DNA of 64,000 nt from Eledone cirrhosa (lineage: Eukaryota): contig OZ024766.1 in NCBI GenBank assembly GCA_964016885.1, positions 2,294,001 through 2,358,000 on the forward strand, in the 5' to 3' direction. A program made the position numbers and the translations under genes. Below, piece by piece: positions 24,990 to 39,741 of this stretch. Position 1 is the first letter of the stretch; each line of letters opens with the position of its first letter. A model generated the notes under the pieces. The model worked only from the letters and a program-made list of their open reading frames with translations. It was not told where the DNA came from and did no database searches.

Positions 24990-25555
24990 AGTGTGTGGCC
25001 AACTCCACCCTGATAGCAGTTAGTAGGGAGGTGGTATAGGGGCCAAGTCTGACAATTGTCTCCACCAGTATAGTTTAACAAGACACTCCTGTGGGTGGCC
25101 AACTCCCCCCTGATAGGGAGGTGGTATAGGGGCCAAGTCTGACAATTGTCTCCACCAGTATAGTTTAACAAGACACTCCTGTGGGTGGCCAACTCCACCC
25201 TGATAGGGAGGTGGTATAGGGACCAAGCCTGACAATTGTCTCCACCACTTTAGTTTAACAAGACACTCCTGTGTGTGGCTAACTCCACCCTAATAGCAGT
25301 TAATAGGGAGGTGGTATAGGGGCCAAGTCTGACAATTGTCTCCACCAGTATAGTTTAACAAGACATTCCTGTGGGTGGCCAACTCCACCCTGATAGGGAG
25401 GTGGTATAGGGACCAAGTCTGACAATTGTCTCCACCACTTTAGTTTAACAAGACACTGCTGTGGGTGGCCAACTCCACCCTGATAACAGTTATTAGGGAG
25501 GTCGTATAGGGGCCAAGAATGCCAGAAATCTCCATTACTACAAGTTCAACAACAA
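24990..25555 (-). repeat. 90/100-bp CRE-derived VNTR, about 5-6 copies
   Basis: Same unit as 12642-13310. Confidence 0.9.
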
Positions 25556-25746
25556 GCACCTAATACTTCAACAGTTTGTGATCTTTTGTGACTAAGTTTT
25601 AATTTTTCTTGTTACTTTAAGGAAACATTGATAGCACCAAAGTTAGTGGCCCTATAACAAGGATATTGTCAAATTTCTATCTTCAGTTGTAAAATATACG
25701 AATAGTGATAGAATTTCAATGATTTTAAACAAAATTGAAGTGTTTG

Positions 25747-26818
25747 TGTTAGATATATTAAAACTACTTACAAGATATCATTACATATGGTGTTAATAAC
25801 AGAGATTTAGATGGGTGTTAGATGTATTACAACTACTTACAAGATGATATCATTACATTTGGTGTTAATAACAGAGATTTAGATGGGTGTTAGATGTATT
25901 AAAACTACTTACAAGATATCATTACATATAGTGTTAATAACAGAGATTTAGATGGGTGTTAGATGTATTAAAACTACTTACAAGATGATATCATTACATA
26001 TGGTGTTAATAACAGAGATTTAGATGGGTGTTAGATGTATTAAAACTACTAACAAGATGATATCATTACATATGGTGTTAATAACAGAGATTTAGACGGG
26101 TGTTAGATGTATTAAAACTACTTACAAGATGATATCATTACATATGGTGTTAATAACAGAGATTTAGATGGGTGTTAGATGTATTAAAACTACTTACAAG
26201 ATGATATCATTATATATGGTGTTAATAACAGAGATTTAGATGGGTGTTAGATGTATTAAAACTACTAACAAGATGATATCATTACATATGGTGTTAATAA
26301 CAGAGATTTAGATGGGTGTTAGATGTATTAAAACTACTAACAAGATGATATCATTACATATGGTGTTAATAACAGAGATTTAGATGGGTGTTAGATGTAT
26401 TAAAACTACTAACAAGATGATATCATTACATATGGTGTTAATAACAGAGATTTAGATGGGTGTTAGATGTATTAAAACTACTAACAAGATGATATCATTA
26501 CATATGGTGTTAATAACAGAGATTTAGATGGGTGTTAGATGTATTAAAACTACTAACAAGATGATATCATTACATATGGTGTTAATAACAGAGATTTAGA
26601 TGGGTGTTAGATGTATTAAAACTACTTACAAGATGATATCATTACATATGGTGTTAATAACAGAGATTTAGTTGGGTGTTAGATGTATTAAAACTACGAA
26701 CAAGATGATATCATTACATATGGTGTCAATAACAGAGATTTAGATGGGTGTTAGATGTATTAAAACTACTAACAAGATGATATCATTACATATGGTGTTA
26801 ATAACAGAGATTTAGATG
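25747..26818. repeat. 72-bp VNTR, about 15 copies
   Basis: Direct reading. Confidence 0.95.
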
Positions 26819-27226
26819 TCATAATAACAAAAAGTTGAAGGTATATACTTCACAAATTCTTAAATATAATTCTTTTATTAAAAACAAATAGAATGAAATT
26901 TAAGACATAAATACACTTTATAAAATTAATTATGAAAAATTAATAAATTATTTACAAAACAATGAGATCAATAAAAAAAGGGAGTCAAAAAGAAAAAGAA
27001 AAATAGGTAAAACTACTCCCTTAATTACTATAACAGAGAATGTCGGTGTTACCCTCTTTAATTTCTGCGACTAGACACTCACAGCATTACCTCAGGTGAT
27101 AGAGGGCCCTTAATTGCACACACTATAGCAGGGAATGTTGGTGTAGGCCACTATAATGAATCATAGCAGACAAGACATAGGTGATAGAGGGTCCCTTAAT
27201 TACACACACTATAGCAGGGAATAGGG

Positions 27227-28795
27227 TCACTCTCCAGTGTGTGTTCTTTTGTGTTTATTATAACCACTGTTACTAATGAAAGATTTCCCACATATTTCAC
27301 AGTGGAAAGGCTTTTCTCCAGTGTGAGTACGTTTGTGGATAATGAGTTCAGACGAATTTGTAAAAGATTTCCCACATGTTTCACAGTGATAGGGTTTCTC
27401 TCCAGTATGTGTTCTTTTGTGTATAATTAAAGAACTGCTCTGTAAAAACGCTTTCCCACATATTTCACAATGATAGGGTTTCTCTCCAGTGTGTGTTCTT
27501 TTGTGTATAGTTAAAGAACCGCTCTGTAAAAACGCTTTCCCACAAGTTTCACAATGATAAGGTTTCTCTCCTGTGTGTGTTCTTTTGTGTACAGTTAAAG
27601 AACGGCTTGTTACAAAAGATTTCCCACATACTTCACAATGATAGGGTCTCTCTCCAGTATGTGTTCTTTTGTGTGTAGTTAAGACATTACTACTGCCAAA
27701 ATATTTCCCACATACTTCACAATGATAGGGTTTCTCACCAGTGTGTGTTCTTTTATGTTTAGTTAAGTCATTACTCCATCCAAAAGATTTCCCACATGTT
27801 TCACAATGATAGGGTTTCTCTCCAGTGTGTGCACTTTTATGTGTAGTTAAGAGATCACTCCTGCCAAAAGATTTCCCACATGTTTCACAATGATAGGGTT
27901 TCTCTCCTGTGTGTGTTCTCTTATGTACAGTTAAACAATGGCTTGTTACAAAATATTTCCCACATGTTTCACAGTGATAGGGTTTCTCTCCAGTGTGTGT
28001 TCTTTTGTGTATAGTCAATGCACCATTACTGACAAAAGATTTTCCACATATTTCACAGTGATAGGGTTTCTCTCCAGTGTGTGTTCTTTTATGTTCAGTT
28101 AAATGAGTGCTTGCTACAAAAGATTTCCCACATATTTCACAATGATAGGGTCTCTCTCCAGTGTGTGTACTTGTATGTATAGTTAAAGAACGGCTTGTTA
28201 CAAAATATTTCCCACATGTTTCACATTGATGGGGTTTCTCGCCAGTGTGTGTTCTTCTGTGAACTATAAGAAAAGAACTATCAGCAAAATATTTCCCACA
28301 TATTTCACAGTGAAAAGGTTTCTCTCCAGTGTGACTACGTATATGACTAACAAGATTAGATTTCTTAGCAAAAGATTTCCCACATATTTCACAGTGAAGT
28401 GGTTTTTCTCCAGTGTGACTAAGTAAATGCCTAATTAAATTGGAATTCACACTGAAAGATTTCCCACATATTTCACAATGATAGGGTTTCTCTCCTGTGT
28501 GTGTTCTTTTGTGGTTAGTCAAGTCACCACTCCAACCAAAAGATTTCCCACATATTTCACAATGATAGGGTCTGTCTTTAGTATGTATGTGTTTGTGTAC
28601 CAATACTTCATCTTCTGATGAGAAAGTTTTCCTACAAATCTCACAGCTATATTCAGGAATGTTTCTGTGTAATGATCCTTGTTCGGTACATGTTTCACTA
28701 GGTAAAGGTTTCTCACCACTGTATGTCTGTGTAACTGTTTCTATATTGGTAGAAACAGGTGTAGTAGAAATGTCCAAGTGTTTAACGTCCTCCAT
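27227..28795 (-). CDS. C2H2 zinc-finger protein, 17 fingers, 522 aa (ZNF-5)
   Basis: Intact ORF from the conserved ATG. Confidence 0.92.
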   Translation of the reverse strand: MEDVKHLDISTTPVSTNIETVTQTYSGEKPLPSETCTEQGSLHRNIPEYSCEICRKTFSSEDEVLVHKHIHTKDRPYHCEICGKSFGWSGDLTNHKRTHTGEKPYHCEICGKSFSVNSNLIRHLLSHTGEKPLHCEICGKSFAKKSNLVSHIRSHTGEKPFHCEICGKYFADSSFLIVHRRTHTGEKPHQCETCGKYFVTSRSLTIHTSTHTGERPYHCEICGKSFVASTHLTEHKRTHTGEKPYHCEICGKSFVSNGALTIHKRTHTGEKPYHCETCGKYFVTSHCLTVHKRTHTGEKPYHCETCGKSFGRSDLLTTHKSAHTGEKPYHCETCGKSFGWSNDLTKHKRTHTGEKPYHCEVCGKYFGSSNVLTTHKRTHTGERPYHCEVCGKSFVTSRSLTVHKRTHTGEKPYHCETCGKAFLQSGSLTIHKRTHTGEKPYHCEICGKAFLQSSSLIIHKRTHTGEKPYHCETCGKSFTNSSELIIHKRTHTGEKPFHCEICGKSFISNSGYNKHKRTHTGE

Positions 28796-29538
28796 AGTAA
28801 TTCTTGAAGAATTCTTCGAAGTTCTGAAGATATATGACTGTGTAAGACTGATGTTGGTATAAGAAGGTGTAAGAGAGAGAGTGTGTGTGAGTGTCTTAAT
28901 AAATGAGGATTGTTCACCACGGAATGTAGAAAAGTACACAATATCTGCTGTGTTAACAATACAAATAATACGTACTTTATATTTCAAGTCCAAATGTAAA
29001 GTCAAGAAAGACCAGGAAAGCTAATTGTTCAGATGTTGGTGATTTAAACCTATTTCTCACTGTCCTGTAAAATGTGGAACAACCAATTCACGATGTAGCG
29101 TAGTTTCTCATGAAATGAAATATTTAATCATGTAGGAGATGGAACACCTACCCTGGAACATGTAGCTCACTCTATGTTATCTACAGAATATTAACTTTCA
29201 CCTTAACATGAGATAATTGCTACACAAGATATAATTAGATTAATTAAAGTTATAATTAAGATAGCAGGTACTCGGTATCGTTGGTAATGTTTCCTTCCCC
29301 TGAATAACACCGGTGTAATACGTTAAAAGTCCCTGACATAATTTAATACCTTCAGAAAGACCTTTAGTTATATCAATTCACTCCATCAATTGTACCCAAC
29401 CCCTGGTAAAACAAGCAGCATCACTCAGTAAAATATTTATTACGTATTAACGAGGGAGTCTCCTACCTGGTAGAAATAGCAGCCAAATATCACTCTCTAC
29501 TGTCTTACAGCAACAAAGACAATATTCTGCAGTTTAGT

Positions 29539-29590
<52 letters not shown>

Positions 29591-29768
29591 TAAACTAGAT
29601 GGGTACAGCTAAAGCAATTTCCAATATTTAAATATATGCCTAATCGAGCATACTAATATGGGACTTGAATTATGCCATGGTGAGGTTGTCTCCCCTGGTA
29701 GTGTGAATCCGTTGTTTGTTTGTATATATATTTATATCTCCATCTGTAACTCAATAACATTTATCATG

Positions 29769-30895
29769 ATTTGGCTTCGAGAACAAAGGTTAAGGAGCTG
29801 TTCTACGCTGCTTGTGGCTGGTCAGGCCTACATAGGACAGGCATAGCACAGCCACAGATGAAGGTCTGGAGAAGGGTTTGATAACTTGTTGTGGTTCTTC
29901 CTCCTAGGACTCTTGTCCTCGAGGGTGGCCCTGTGGGTGTTTTTCAAGGAGCAGACAGCATGGTTGTTGGTGAGACACGAGGCGTCCCATGTCTCAGGTA
30001 GGGTGGACCACCAGTGATGGTCGATGTGACAAGGAATTTGTTGAAACAGTCCTGGTATTTCTTCCTTGGTGGCCCCCTGTCACATTGACCAGTGGAGAGT
30101 TCACCGTAGAGCATGATCCTGGGCAGATCTTACATCCAGGTGATGTACCCTGCCCAGCTTGGTGCTGCACTCAAGGAGACGAAGGTGTTGATGTTAAGTG
30201 ACCCACAACTCTAAGCCATATAGGAAGATGGGAAGGACTATGGTTCTGTACACTCTGATCTAGGGACCCTTCTTCAGGTGTTTATTATTCTACACAGGTT
30301 TGCATAGTCTGCCAAATGCACTGCTCACCTTTGCCAGACTGTCACCTGTCAATCTTGAGATGTGATGCGATGGTGCACCCCAGGTTGGTGAACAGGTGGA
30401 CCATTTTTCAGTTCAGTCTCACCAATCGGTATATGGAGGGAGGTACTCTTCCTGAAGTGTAGGCTGGTGGAGTACATCTATTTTCTTTAAGCTGACATCC
30501 CAAAGAGCTGGGCAGCTTCTGTGAAGCAGGAAGTGATGTGTTGCAAGGCTCTTTCTGTGAGGCCAACAAGAGCAGCATAGTCTGCAAAGAGGTCTCAGAT
30601 CTGTTGCTCCAGGGACTTTCATGTGGGCCTGTAGTTGAGGAAGATTAAACAGGCTGCCAGCAAGATAGTATCAAGATCTTCTGTGGCCTGCATGAACTTC
30701 ATGCTGAAGAGAGTTGGTGCTAGGACACAACCCTTCTTCAATCAGTTGATGTTTGGGTAGGGTTCTGAGAGGTCACTGTTGAGTCTGACCTGACCACAGT
30801 GTGTGGCCAACTCCACCCTGATAACAGTTATTGGGGAGGTGGTATAGGGGCCAAGAACGCCAGAAATCACCATTACTACAAGTTCAACAACAAGC
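29769..30895 (-). mobile_element. RTE LINE 3' half (copy 5) plus unamplified CRE-like fragment (30800-30895)
   Basis: Same motifs as the other cassettes. Confidence 0.85.
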
Positions 30896-31084
30896 ACCTA
30901 ATACTTCAACAGTTTGTGATATTTTGTGACGAAGTTTTAATTTTTCTTGTTACTTTAGGGAAACATTGATAGCACCAAAGTTAGTGGCCCTATAACCAGG
31001 ATATTGTCAAATTTCTATCTTCAGTTGTAAAATATACGATGAGTGATAGACTTTCAATCATTTTAAACAATATTTAAGTGTTTG

Positions 31085-31652
31085 TGTTAGATGTATTAAA
31101 ACTACTCACAAGATGATTTCATTACATATGGTGTTAATAACAGAGATTTAGATGGGTGTTAGATGTATTAAAACTACTAACAAGATATGATTACATATGG
31201 TGTTAATAACTGAGATTTAGATGGGTGTTAGATGTATTAAAACTACTAACAAGATGATATCATTACATATGGTGTTAATAACAGAGATTTAGATGGGTGT
31301 TAGATGTATTAAAACTACTAACAAGATATCATTACATATGGTGTTAATAACAGAGATTTAGATGGGTGTTAGATGTATTAAAACTACTAACAAGATGATA
31401 TCATTACATATGGTGTTAATAACAGAGATTTCGATGGGTGTCTGATGTATTAAAACTACTTACAAAGATGATATCATTACATATGGTATTAATAACAGAG
31501 ATTTAGATGGGTGTTAGATGTTTTAAAACTACTAACAAGATGATATCATTACATATGGTGTTAATAACAGAGATTTAGATGGGTGTTAGATGTATTAAAA
31601 CTACTTACAAGACGATATCATTACATATGGTGTTAATAACAGAGATTTAGAT
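31085..31652. repeat. 72-bp VNTR, about 8 copies
   Basis: Direct reading. Confidence 0.95.
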
Positions 31653-32046
31653 GTCAAAATAACAAAAAGTTGAAGGTATATACTTCACAAATTCTTGAAT
31701 ATAATTCTTTTATTAACAACAAATAGAATGAAATTTAGGACATAAATACACTTTATAAAATTAATTATGAAAATTTAATAAATTATTTACAAAACAATGA
31801 AATCAATAAAAAAAGGGAGTCAAAAAGAAAAAGAAAAACAGGTAAAACTACTTCTTCAATTACTATAACAGAGAATGTTGGTGTTACCCTCTAAAATTTC
31901 TGAGACTAGACCCTCACAGCATTACCTCATGTGATAGAGGGCCCTTCAATTACACACTACAATGGGGAATGTTGGTGTAGGCCACTAAAATTCAACATAG
32001 CAGAGAAGTCATTACCTCAGGTGATAGAGGGTCCCTTAATTACACA

Positions 32047-33631
<1,585 letters not shown>

Positions 33632-34521
33632 AGTAATTCTTGAAGAATTCTTCGAAGTTCTGAAGATATATGACTGTGTAAGACTGATGTCGGTATAAGA
33701 AGGTGTAAGAGAGAGAGTGTGTGTGAGTGTCTTAATAAATGAAGATTGTTTACCACGGAGTGTAGAAAAGTACACAATATCTGCTGTGTTAACAATACAA
33801 ATAATACGTACTTTATATTTCAAGTCCAAGTGTAAAGTCAAGAAAGACCAGGAAAGCTAATTGTTCAGATGTTGGTGATTTAAACCTATTTCTCACTGTC
33901 CTGTAAAATGTGGAATAACCAATTCACGATGTAGCGTAATTTCTCATGAAATGAAATATTTAATCATGTAGGAGATGGAACACCTACCCTGGAACATGTA
34001 GCTCACTTTATGTTATCTACAGAATATTAACTGTCACCTTAACATGAGATAATTGCTACACAAGATAGATTAACTAATGTTATAATTAAGATAGCAGGTA
34101 CGTGATGTCGTTGGTAATGATTCTCTTTCCGGTCTGTGACCGGTGTCATACGTTAAAAGTCCCTGACGTAATTTAATGGTAAAACAAGCAACATCACTCA
34201 GTGAAATATTTATTACGTATCAACGAGGGAGTCTCCTACCTGGTTACTTGACCTGGTAGAAATAGCAGCCAAATATCCCTCTCTACTGGCTTACAACAAA
34301 GACCATATTCTGCAGTTTAGTCACACACACACACGTATATATATAAAAACTACATGGGTACAGCTAAAACACCTTCCAATATTTAAATATATGCCTACTC
34401 GATCATACTAATCTGGGACTTGAATTATGCCATGGAGTGGTTGTCTCCCCTGGTAGTCTGAATCCGTTGTTTGTTTGTATATATATTTATATCTCATCTG
34501 TAACTCAATAACATTTATCAT

Positions 34522-34832
34522 GGTTTGGCTTCTAGAACAAAGGTTAACGAGCTGTTCTACGTTGATTCCAGACCTGCTTGTGGCTGGTCAGGCCTACGTA
34601 GGACAGGCATGGCACAGCAACAGATGAGGGTTTGATAACTTGTGGTTCTTCCTCCTAGGACTCTAGTCCTCAAGGGTGGCCCTGTGGGTGTTTTTCAAGG
34701 AGCAGATAGCATAGTTGTTGGTGAGACACCAGGCGTCCCATGTCTCAGGTGGGGTGGACCACCAGTGTCGGTCGATGTGACAAGGAATTTGTTGAAACAG
34801 TCCTTGTATTGCTTCCTTGGTGGCCCCCTGTC
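34522..34832 (-). mobile_element. RTE LINE 3' end, deleted-type cassette
   Basis: Joins the 72-bp repeat directly at ccccctgtc|cagagattt. Confidence 0.8.
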
Positions 34833-35212
34833 CAGAGATTTAGATGGGTGTTAGATGTATTAAAACTACTAACAAGATGATATCATTACATATGGTGTTA
34901 ATAACAGAGATTTAGATGGCAAAATAACAAAAAGTTACAGACTTGATAAATTCCTTGAATATAATTCTTTTATTAACAACAAATAGAATGAAATTTAAGA
35001 CATAAATACACTTTATAAAAGTAATTATGAAAAATTAATAAATTATTTACAAAACAATGAAATGAATAAAAAAAGGGAGAAGAAATAAAAATAAAAACAG
35101 ATAAAACTACTTCTTCAATTACTGTAACAGAATGTTGGTGTTACCCTCTTTAATTTCTGAGACTAGACACTCACAGCATTACCTCAGGTGATAGAAGGCC
35201 CTTAATTACACA

Positions 35213-36211
35213 CTACAACAGGGAATAGGGTCCCTCTGCAGTGTGTGTTCGTTTGTGTTTATTATAAACACTGTTACTAATGAAAGATTTCGGACATATT
35301 TCACAGTGGAAAGGCTTTTCTCCAGTGTGACTACGTTTGTGGATAATGAGTTCAGACGAATTTGTAAAAGATTTTCCACATATTTCACAGTGATAGGGTC
35401 TCTCTCCAGCGTGTGTTCTTTTGTGTATAGTTAAATAACTGATTGTTATAAAAGATTTCCCACATATTTCACAGTGATAGGGTCGCTCTCCAGTATGTGT
35501 TCTTTTGTGTGTAGTTAAGACATTACTACGGCCAAAAGATTTCCCACATGTTTCACAGTGATGGGGTCTTTCTCCAGTGTGTGTTCTTCTGTGAACTATA
35601 AGAGCAGCACTATCAGCAAAATGTTTCCCACATATTTCACAGTGAAAAGGTTTCTCTCCAGTGTGACTACGTATATGTCTAACAAGATTACCTCTCTCAG
35701 CAAAAGATTTCCCACATATTTCACAATGAAATGGTTTTTCCCCACTGTGACTACGTAAATGCCTTATTAAATTGGAATTCAGACTGAAAGATTTCCCACA
35801 TGATTCACATTTAAAGGGTTTCTCTCCTGTGTGTGTTCTTTTGTGGTTAGTCAAGTCACAACTCCTACTAAAAGATGTCCCACATATTTCACAATAATAG
35901 GGTTTCTCTCCTCTGTGTGTTCTTTTGTGGTTAGTCAAGTGACAACTCCTACAAAAAGATTTCCCACATATTTCACAGTGATAGGGTCTGTCTTTAATAT
36001 GTATGCGTTTGTGTGTAGATAATTCATCTTCTGATGATAAAGTTTTCCTACAAATCTCACAGCTATATTCAGGAATATTTCTGTGTAATGATCCTTGTTC
36101 AGTACATGTTTCACTAGGTAAAGGTTTCTCCCCACTGTGTGTCTGTGTAACTGTATCTATATTGGTAGAAACAGGTGTGGTAGAAATGTCCAAGTGTTTA
36201 ACGTTCTCCAT
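35213..36211 (-). CDS. C2H2 zinc-finger protein, 10 fingers, 332 aa (ZNF-7)
   Basis: Intact ORF, MENVK start. Confidence 0.92.
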   Translation of the reverse strand: MENVKHLDISTTPVSTNIDTVTQTHSGEKPLPSETCTEQGSLHRNIPEYSCEICRKTLSSEDELSTHKRIHIKDRPYHCEICGKSFCRSCHLTNHKRTHRGEKPYYCEICGTSFSRSCDLTNHKRTHTGEKPFKCESCGKSFSLNSNLIRHLRSHSGEKPFHCEICGKSFAERGNLVRHIRSHTGEKPFHCEICGKHFADSAALIVHRRTHTGERPHHCETCGKSFGRSNVLTTHKRTHTGERPYHCEICGKSFITISYLTIHKRTHAGERPYHCEICGKSFTNSSELIIHKRSHTGEKPFHCEICPKSFISNSVYNKHKRTHTAEGPYSLL

Positions 36212-36932
36212 AGTAATTCTTGAAGAATTCTTCGAAGTTCTGAAGATATATGACTGTGTAAGACTGATGTTAGTGTAAGAGAGAGTGTCTGTGTGTGTTT
36301 GTCTTAATAAATTAGTATTGTTCCCCAGAGTGTAGAAAAGTACACAATATCTGCTGTGTTAACAACACAAATAATACGTACTTTATATTTCAAGTCCAAG
36401 TGTAAAGTCAAGAAAGACCAGGAAAGCTAATTGTTCAGATGTTGGTGATTTAAACCTATTTCTCACTGTCCTGTAAAATGTGGAACAACCAATTTACGAT
36501 ATAGCGTAGTTTCTCATGAAATGAAATATTTAATCATGTAGGAGATGGAACACCTACCCTGGAACATGTAGCTCACTCTATGTTATCTACAGAATATTAA
36601 CTTTCACTTTAACATGAGATAATTGCTACACAAGATATAATTAGATTAATTAAAGTTATAATTAAGATAGCAGGTACGTGGCGTCGTTGGCAATGATCAT
36701 CTTTCCGGTCTGTGACCGATGTCAGACGTTAAAAGTCCCTGACATAATTTAATACCTTCAGTTATATCAATTCACTCCATCAATTGTATCCAACCCCTGG
36801 TAAAACAAGTAGCATCATTCAGTGAAATATTTATTACGTATCAACGAGGGAGTCTCCTACCTGGTAGAAATAGCAGCCAAATATCACTCTCTACTGTCTT
36901 ACAACAAAAAAGACCATATTCTCTAGGTTAGT

Positions 36933-36964
<32 letters not shown>

Positions 36965-37149
36965 CATATATATAAACTAGATGGGTACAGCTGAAACACC
37001 TTCCAATATTTAAATATATGCCTAATCGATCATACTAATCTGGGACTTGAATAATGCCATGGTGAGGTTGTCTCCCCTGGTAGTGTTAATCCGTTGTTTG
37101 TTTGTATATATATTTATATCTCCATCTGTAACTCAATAACATTTATCAT

Positions 37150-38292
37150 AGTTTGGCTTCGAGAACAAAGGTTAAGGAGCTGTTCTACGTTGCTTGTAGG
37201 CCTGCTTGGGGCTGGTCAGGCCTACATAGGACAGGCATGGCACAGCCACAGATGAAGGTCTGGAGAAGGGTTTGATAACTTGTTGTGGTTCTTCCTCCTA
37301 GGACTCTAGTCCTCAAGGGTGGCCCTGTGGGTGTTTTTCAAGGAGTAGACGGCATGGTTGTTGGTGAGACACGAGGCGTCCCATGTCTCAGGTAGGGTGG
37401 ACCACCAGTGATGGTCGATGTGACAAGGAATTTGTTGAAACAGTCCTTGTATTGCTTCCTTGGTGGCCCCCTGACACAATCACCAGTGGAGACTTCACCG
37501 TAGAGCATGATCCTGGGCAGATCTTTCATCCAGGTGATGTACCCTGCCCAGCTTGGTGCTGCACTCATAGAGACGAAGGTGGTGATGTTAAGTGACCCAC
37601 AACTCTAAGCCATGTAGGAGGGTGGGAAGGACTATGGTTCTGTACACTCTGATCTTGGGACCCTTTTTCAGGTGTTTATTATTCTACACAGCTTTGTACA
37701 GTCTGCCAAATGCACTGCTCACCTTTACCAGTATGTTACCTGTTGATCTCGAGACGTGACGTAATGGTGCACCCCAGGTTGGTGAACAGGTGGACCATTA
37801 TTCAGTTCAGTCTCACCAATCGGTATATGGAGGGAGGTACTCTTCCTGAAGTGTAGGCTGGTGAAGTACATCTATCTTCTTTAAGCTGACATCCCAAAGA
37901 GTTGGGCAGCTTCTGTGAAGCAGGAAGTGATGTGTTGCAAGGCTCTTTCTGTGAGGCCAACAAGAGCAACATCGTCTGCAAAGAAGAGGTCTCAGATTTG
38001 TGGCTCCAGGGAATTTCATGTGGGCCTGTAGTTGAGGAAGATTAAACAGGCTGCCAGCAAGATAGTATCAAGATCTTCTGTGACCTGCTTGAACATCATG
38101 CTAAAGAGAGTTGGTGCTGGGACACAACCCTTCTTCACTCAGTTGATGTTTGGGAAGGGTTCTGAGAGGTCACTGTTGAGTCTGACCTGACCACACTGTG
38201 TGGCCAACTCCACCCTGATAACAGTTATTAGGGAGGTGGTATAGGGGCCAAGAATGCCAGAAATCTCCATTACTACAAGTTCAACAACAAAC
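37150..38292 (-). mobile_element. RTE LINE 3' half plus unamplified CRE-like fragment (38196-38292)
   Basis: Same motifs as the other cassettes. Confidence 0.85.
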
Positions 38293-38482
38293 AATTAATA
38301 CTTCAACAGTTTGTGATCTTTTGTGACTAAGTTTTAATTTTTCTTGTTACTTTAGGGAAACATTGATACCACCAAAGTTAGTGGCCCTATAACAAGGATA
38401 TTGTCAAATTTCGAAATTTCAGTTGTAAAATATACGAAGAGTGATAGAATTTCAATGATTTTAAACAATATTGAAGTGTTTG

Positions 38483-39338
38483 TGTTAGATGTATTAAAAC
38501 TACTTACAAGATGATATCATTACATACGGTGTTAATAACTGAGATTTAGATGGGTGTTAGATGTATTAAAACTACTAACAAGGTGATATCATTACATATG
38601 GTGTTAATAACTGAGATTTAGATGGGTGTTAGATGTATTAAAACTACTTACAAGATATCATTACATATAGTGTTAATAACTGAGATTTAGATGGGTGTTA
38701 GATGTATTAAAACTACTAACAAGATGATATCATTACATATGGTGTTAATAACAGAGATTTAGATGGGTGTTAGATGTATTAAAACTACTAACAAGATGAT
38801 ATCATTACATATGGTGTTAATAACAGAGATTTAGATGGGTGTTAGATGTATTAAAACTACGAACAAGATGATATCATTACATATGGTGTTAATAACAGAG
38901 ATTTAGATGGGTGTTAGATGTATTAAAACTACTAACAAGATGATATCATTACATATGGTGTTAATAACAGAGATTTAGATGGGTGTTAGATGTATTAAAA
39001 CTACTAACAAGATGATATCATTACATATGGTGTTAATAACAGAGATTTAGATGGGTGTTAGATGTATTAAAACTACTAACAAGATGATATCATTACATAT
39101 GGTGTTAATAACAGAGATTTAGATGGGTGTTAGATGTATTAAAACTACTAACAAGATGATATCATTACATATGGTGTTAATAACAGAGATTTAGATGGGT
39201 GTTAGATGTATTAAAACTACTAACAAGATGATATCATTACATATGGTGTTAATAACAGAGATTTAGATGGGTGTTAGATGTATTAAAACTACTAACAAGA
39301 TGATATCATTACATATGGTGTTAATAACAGATTTGGAT
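38483..39338. repeat. 72-bp VNTR, about 12 copies
   Basis: Period 72 measured at 38761/38833. Confidence 0.95.
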
Positions 39339-39741
39339 GGCAAAAAGTTACAGACTTGATAAATTCCTTGAACATAATTCTTTTATTAACAACAAATAGA
39401 ATGAAATTTAGGACATAAATACACTTTATAAAATTAATTATGAAAATTTAACAAATTATTTACAAAACAATGAAATCAATAAAAAAAGGGAGTCAAAAAG
39501 AAAAAGAAAAACAGGTAAAACTACTCCCTCAATTACTATAACAGAGAATGTTGGTGTTACCCTCTAAAATTTCTGGGACTAGACCCTCACAGCATTACCT
39601 CATGTGATAGAGGGCCCTTCAATTACACACACTATAGCAGGGAATGTTGGTGTAGGCCTCTATAATGAATCATAGCATAGAAGTCATTACCTCAGGTGAT
39701 AGAGGGTCCCTTAATTACACACACTATAGCAGGGAATAGGG

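Noticed and set aside
28796-29005. N-terminal extensions (MTLHLDLKY..., MLTQQIL...) in the ORF track
   Set aside because: Non-ATG starts, and the frame varies between paralogs with microsatellite length; the ATG of MED/MEN is the conserved start
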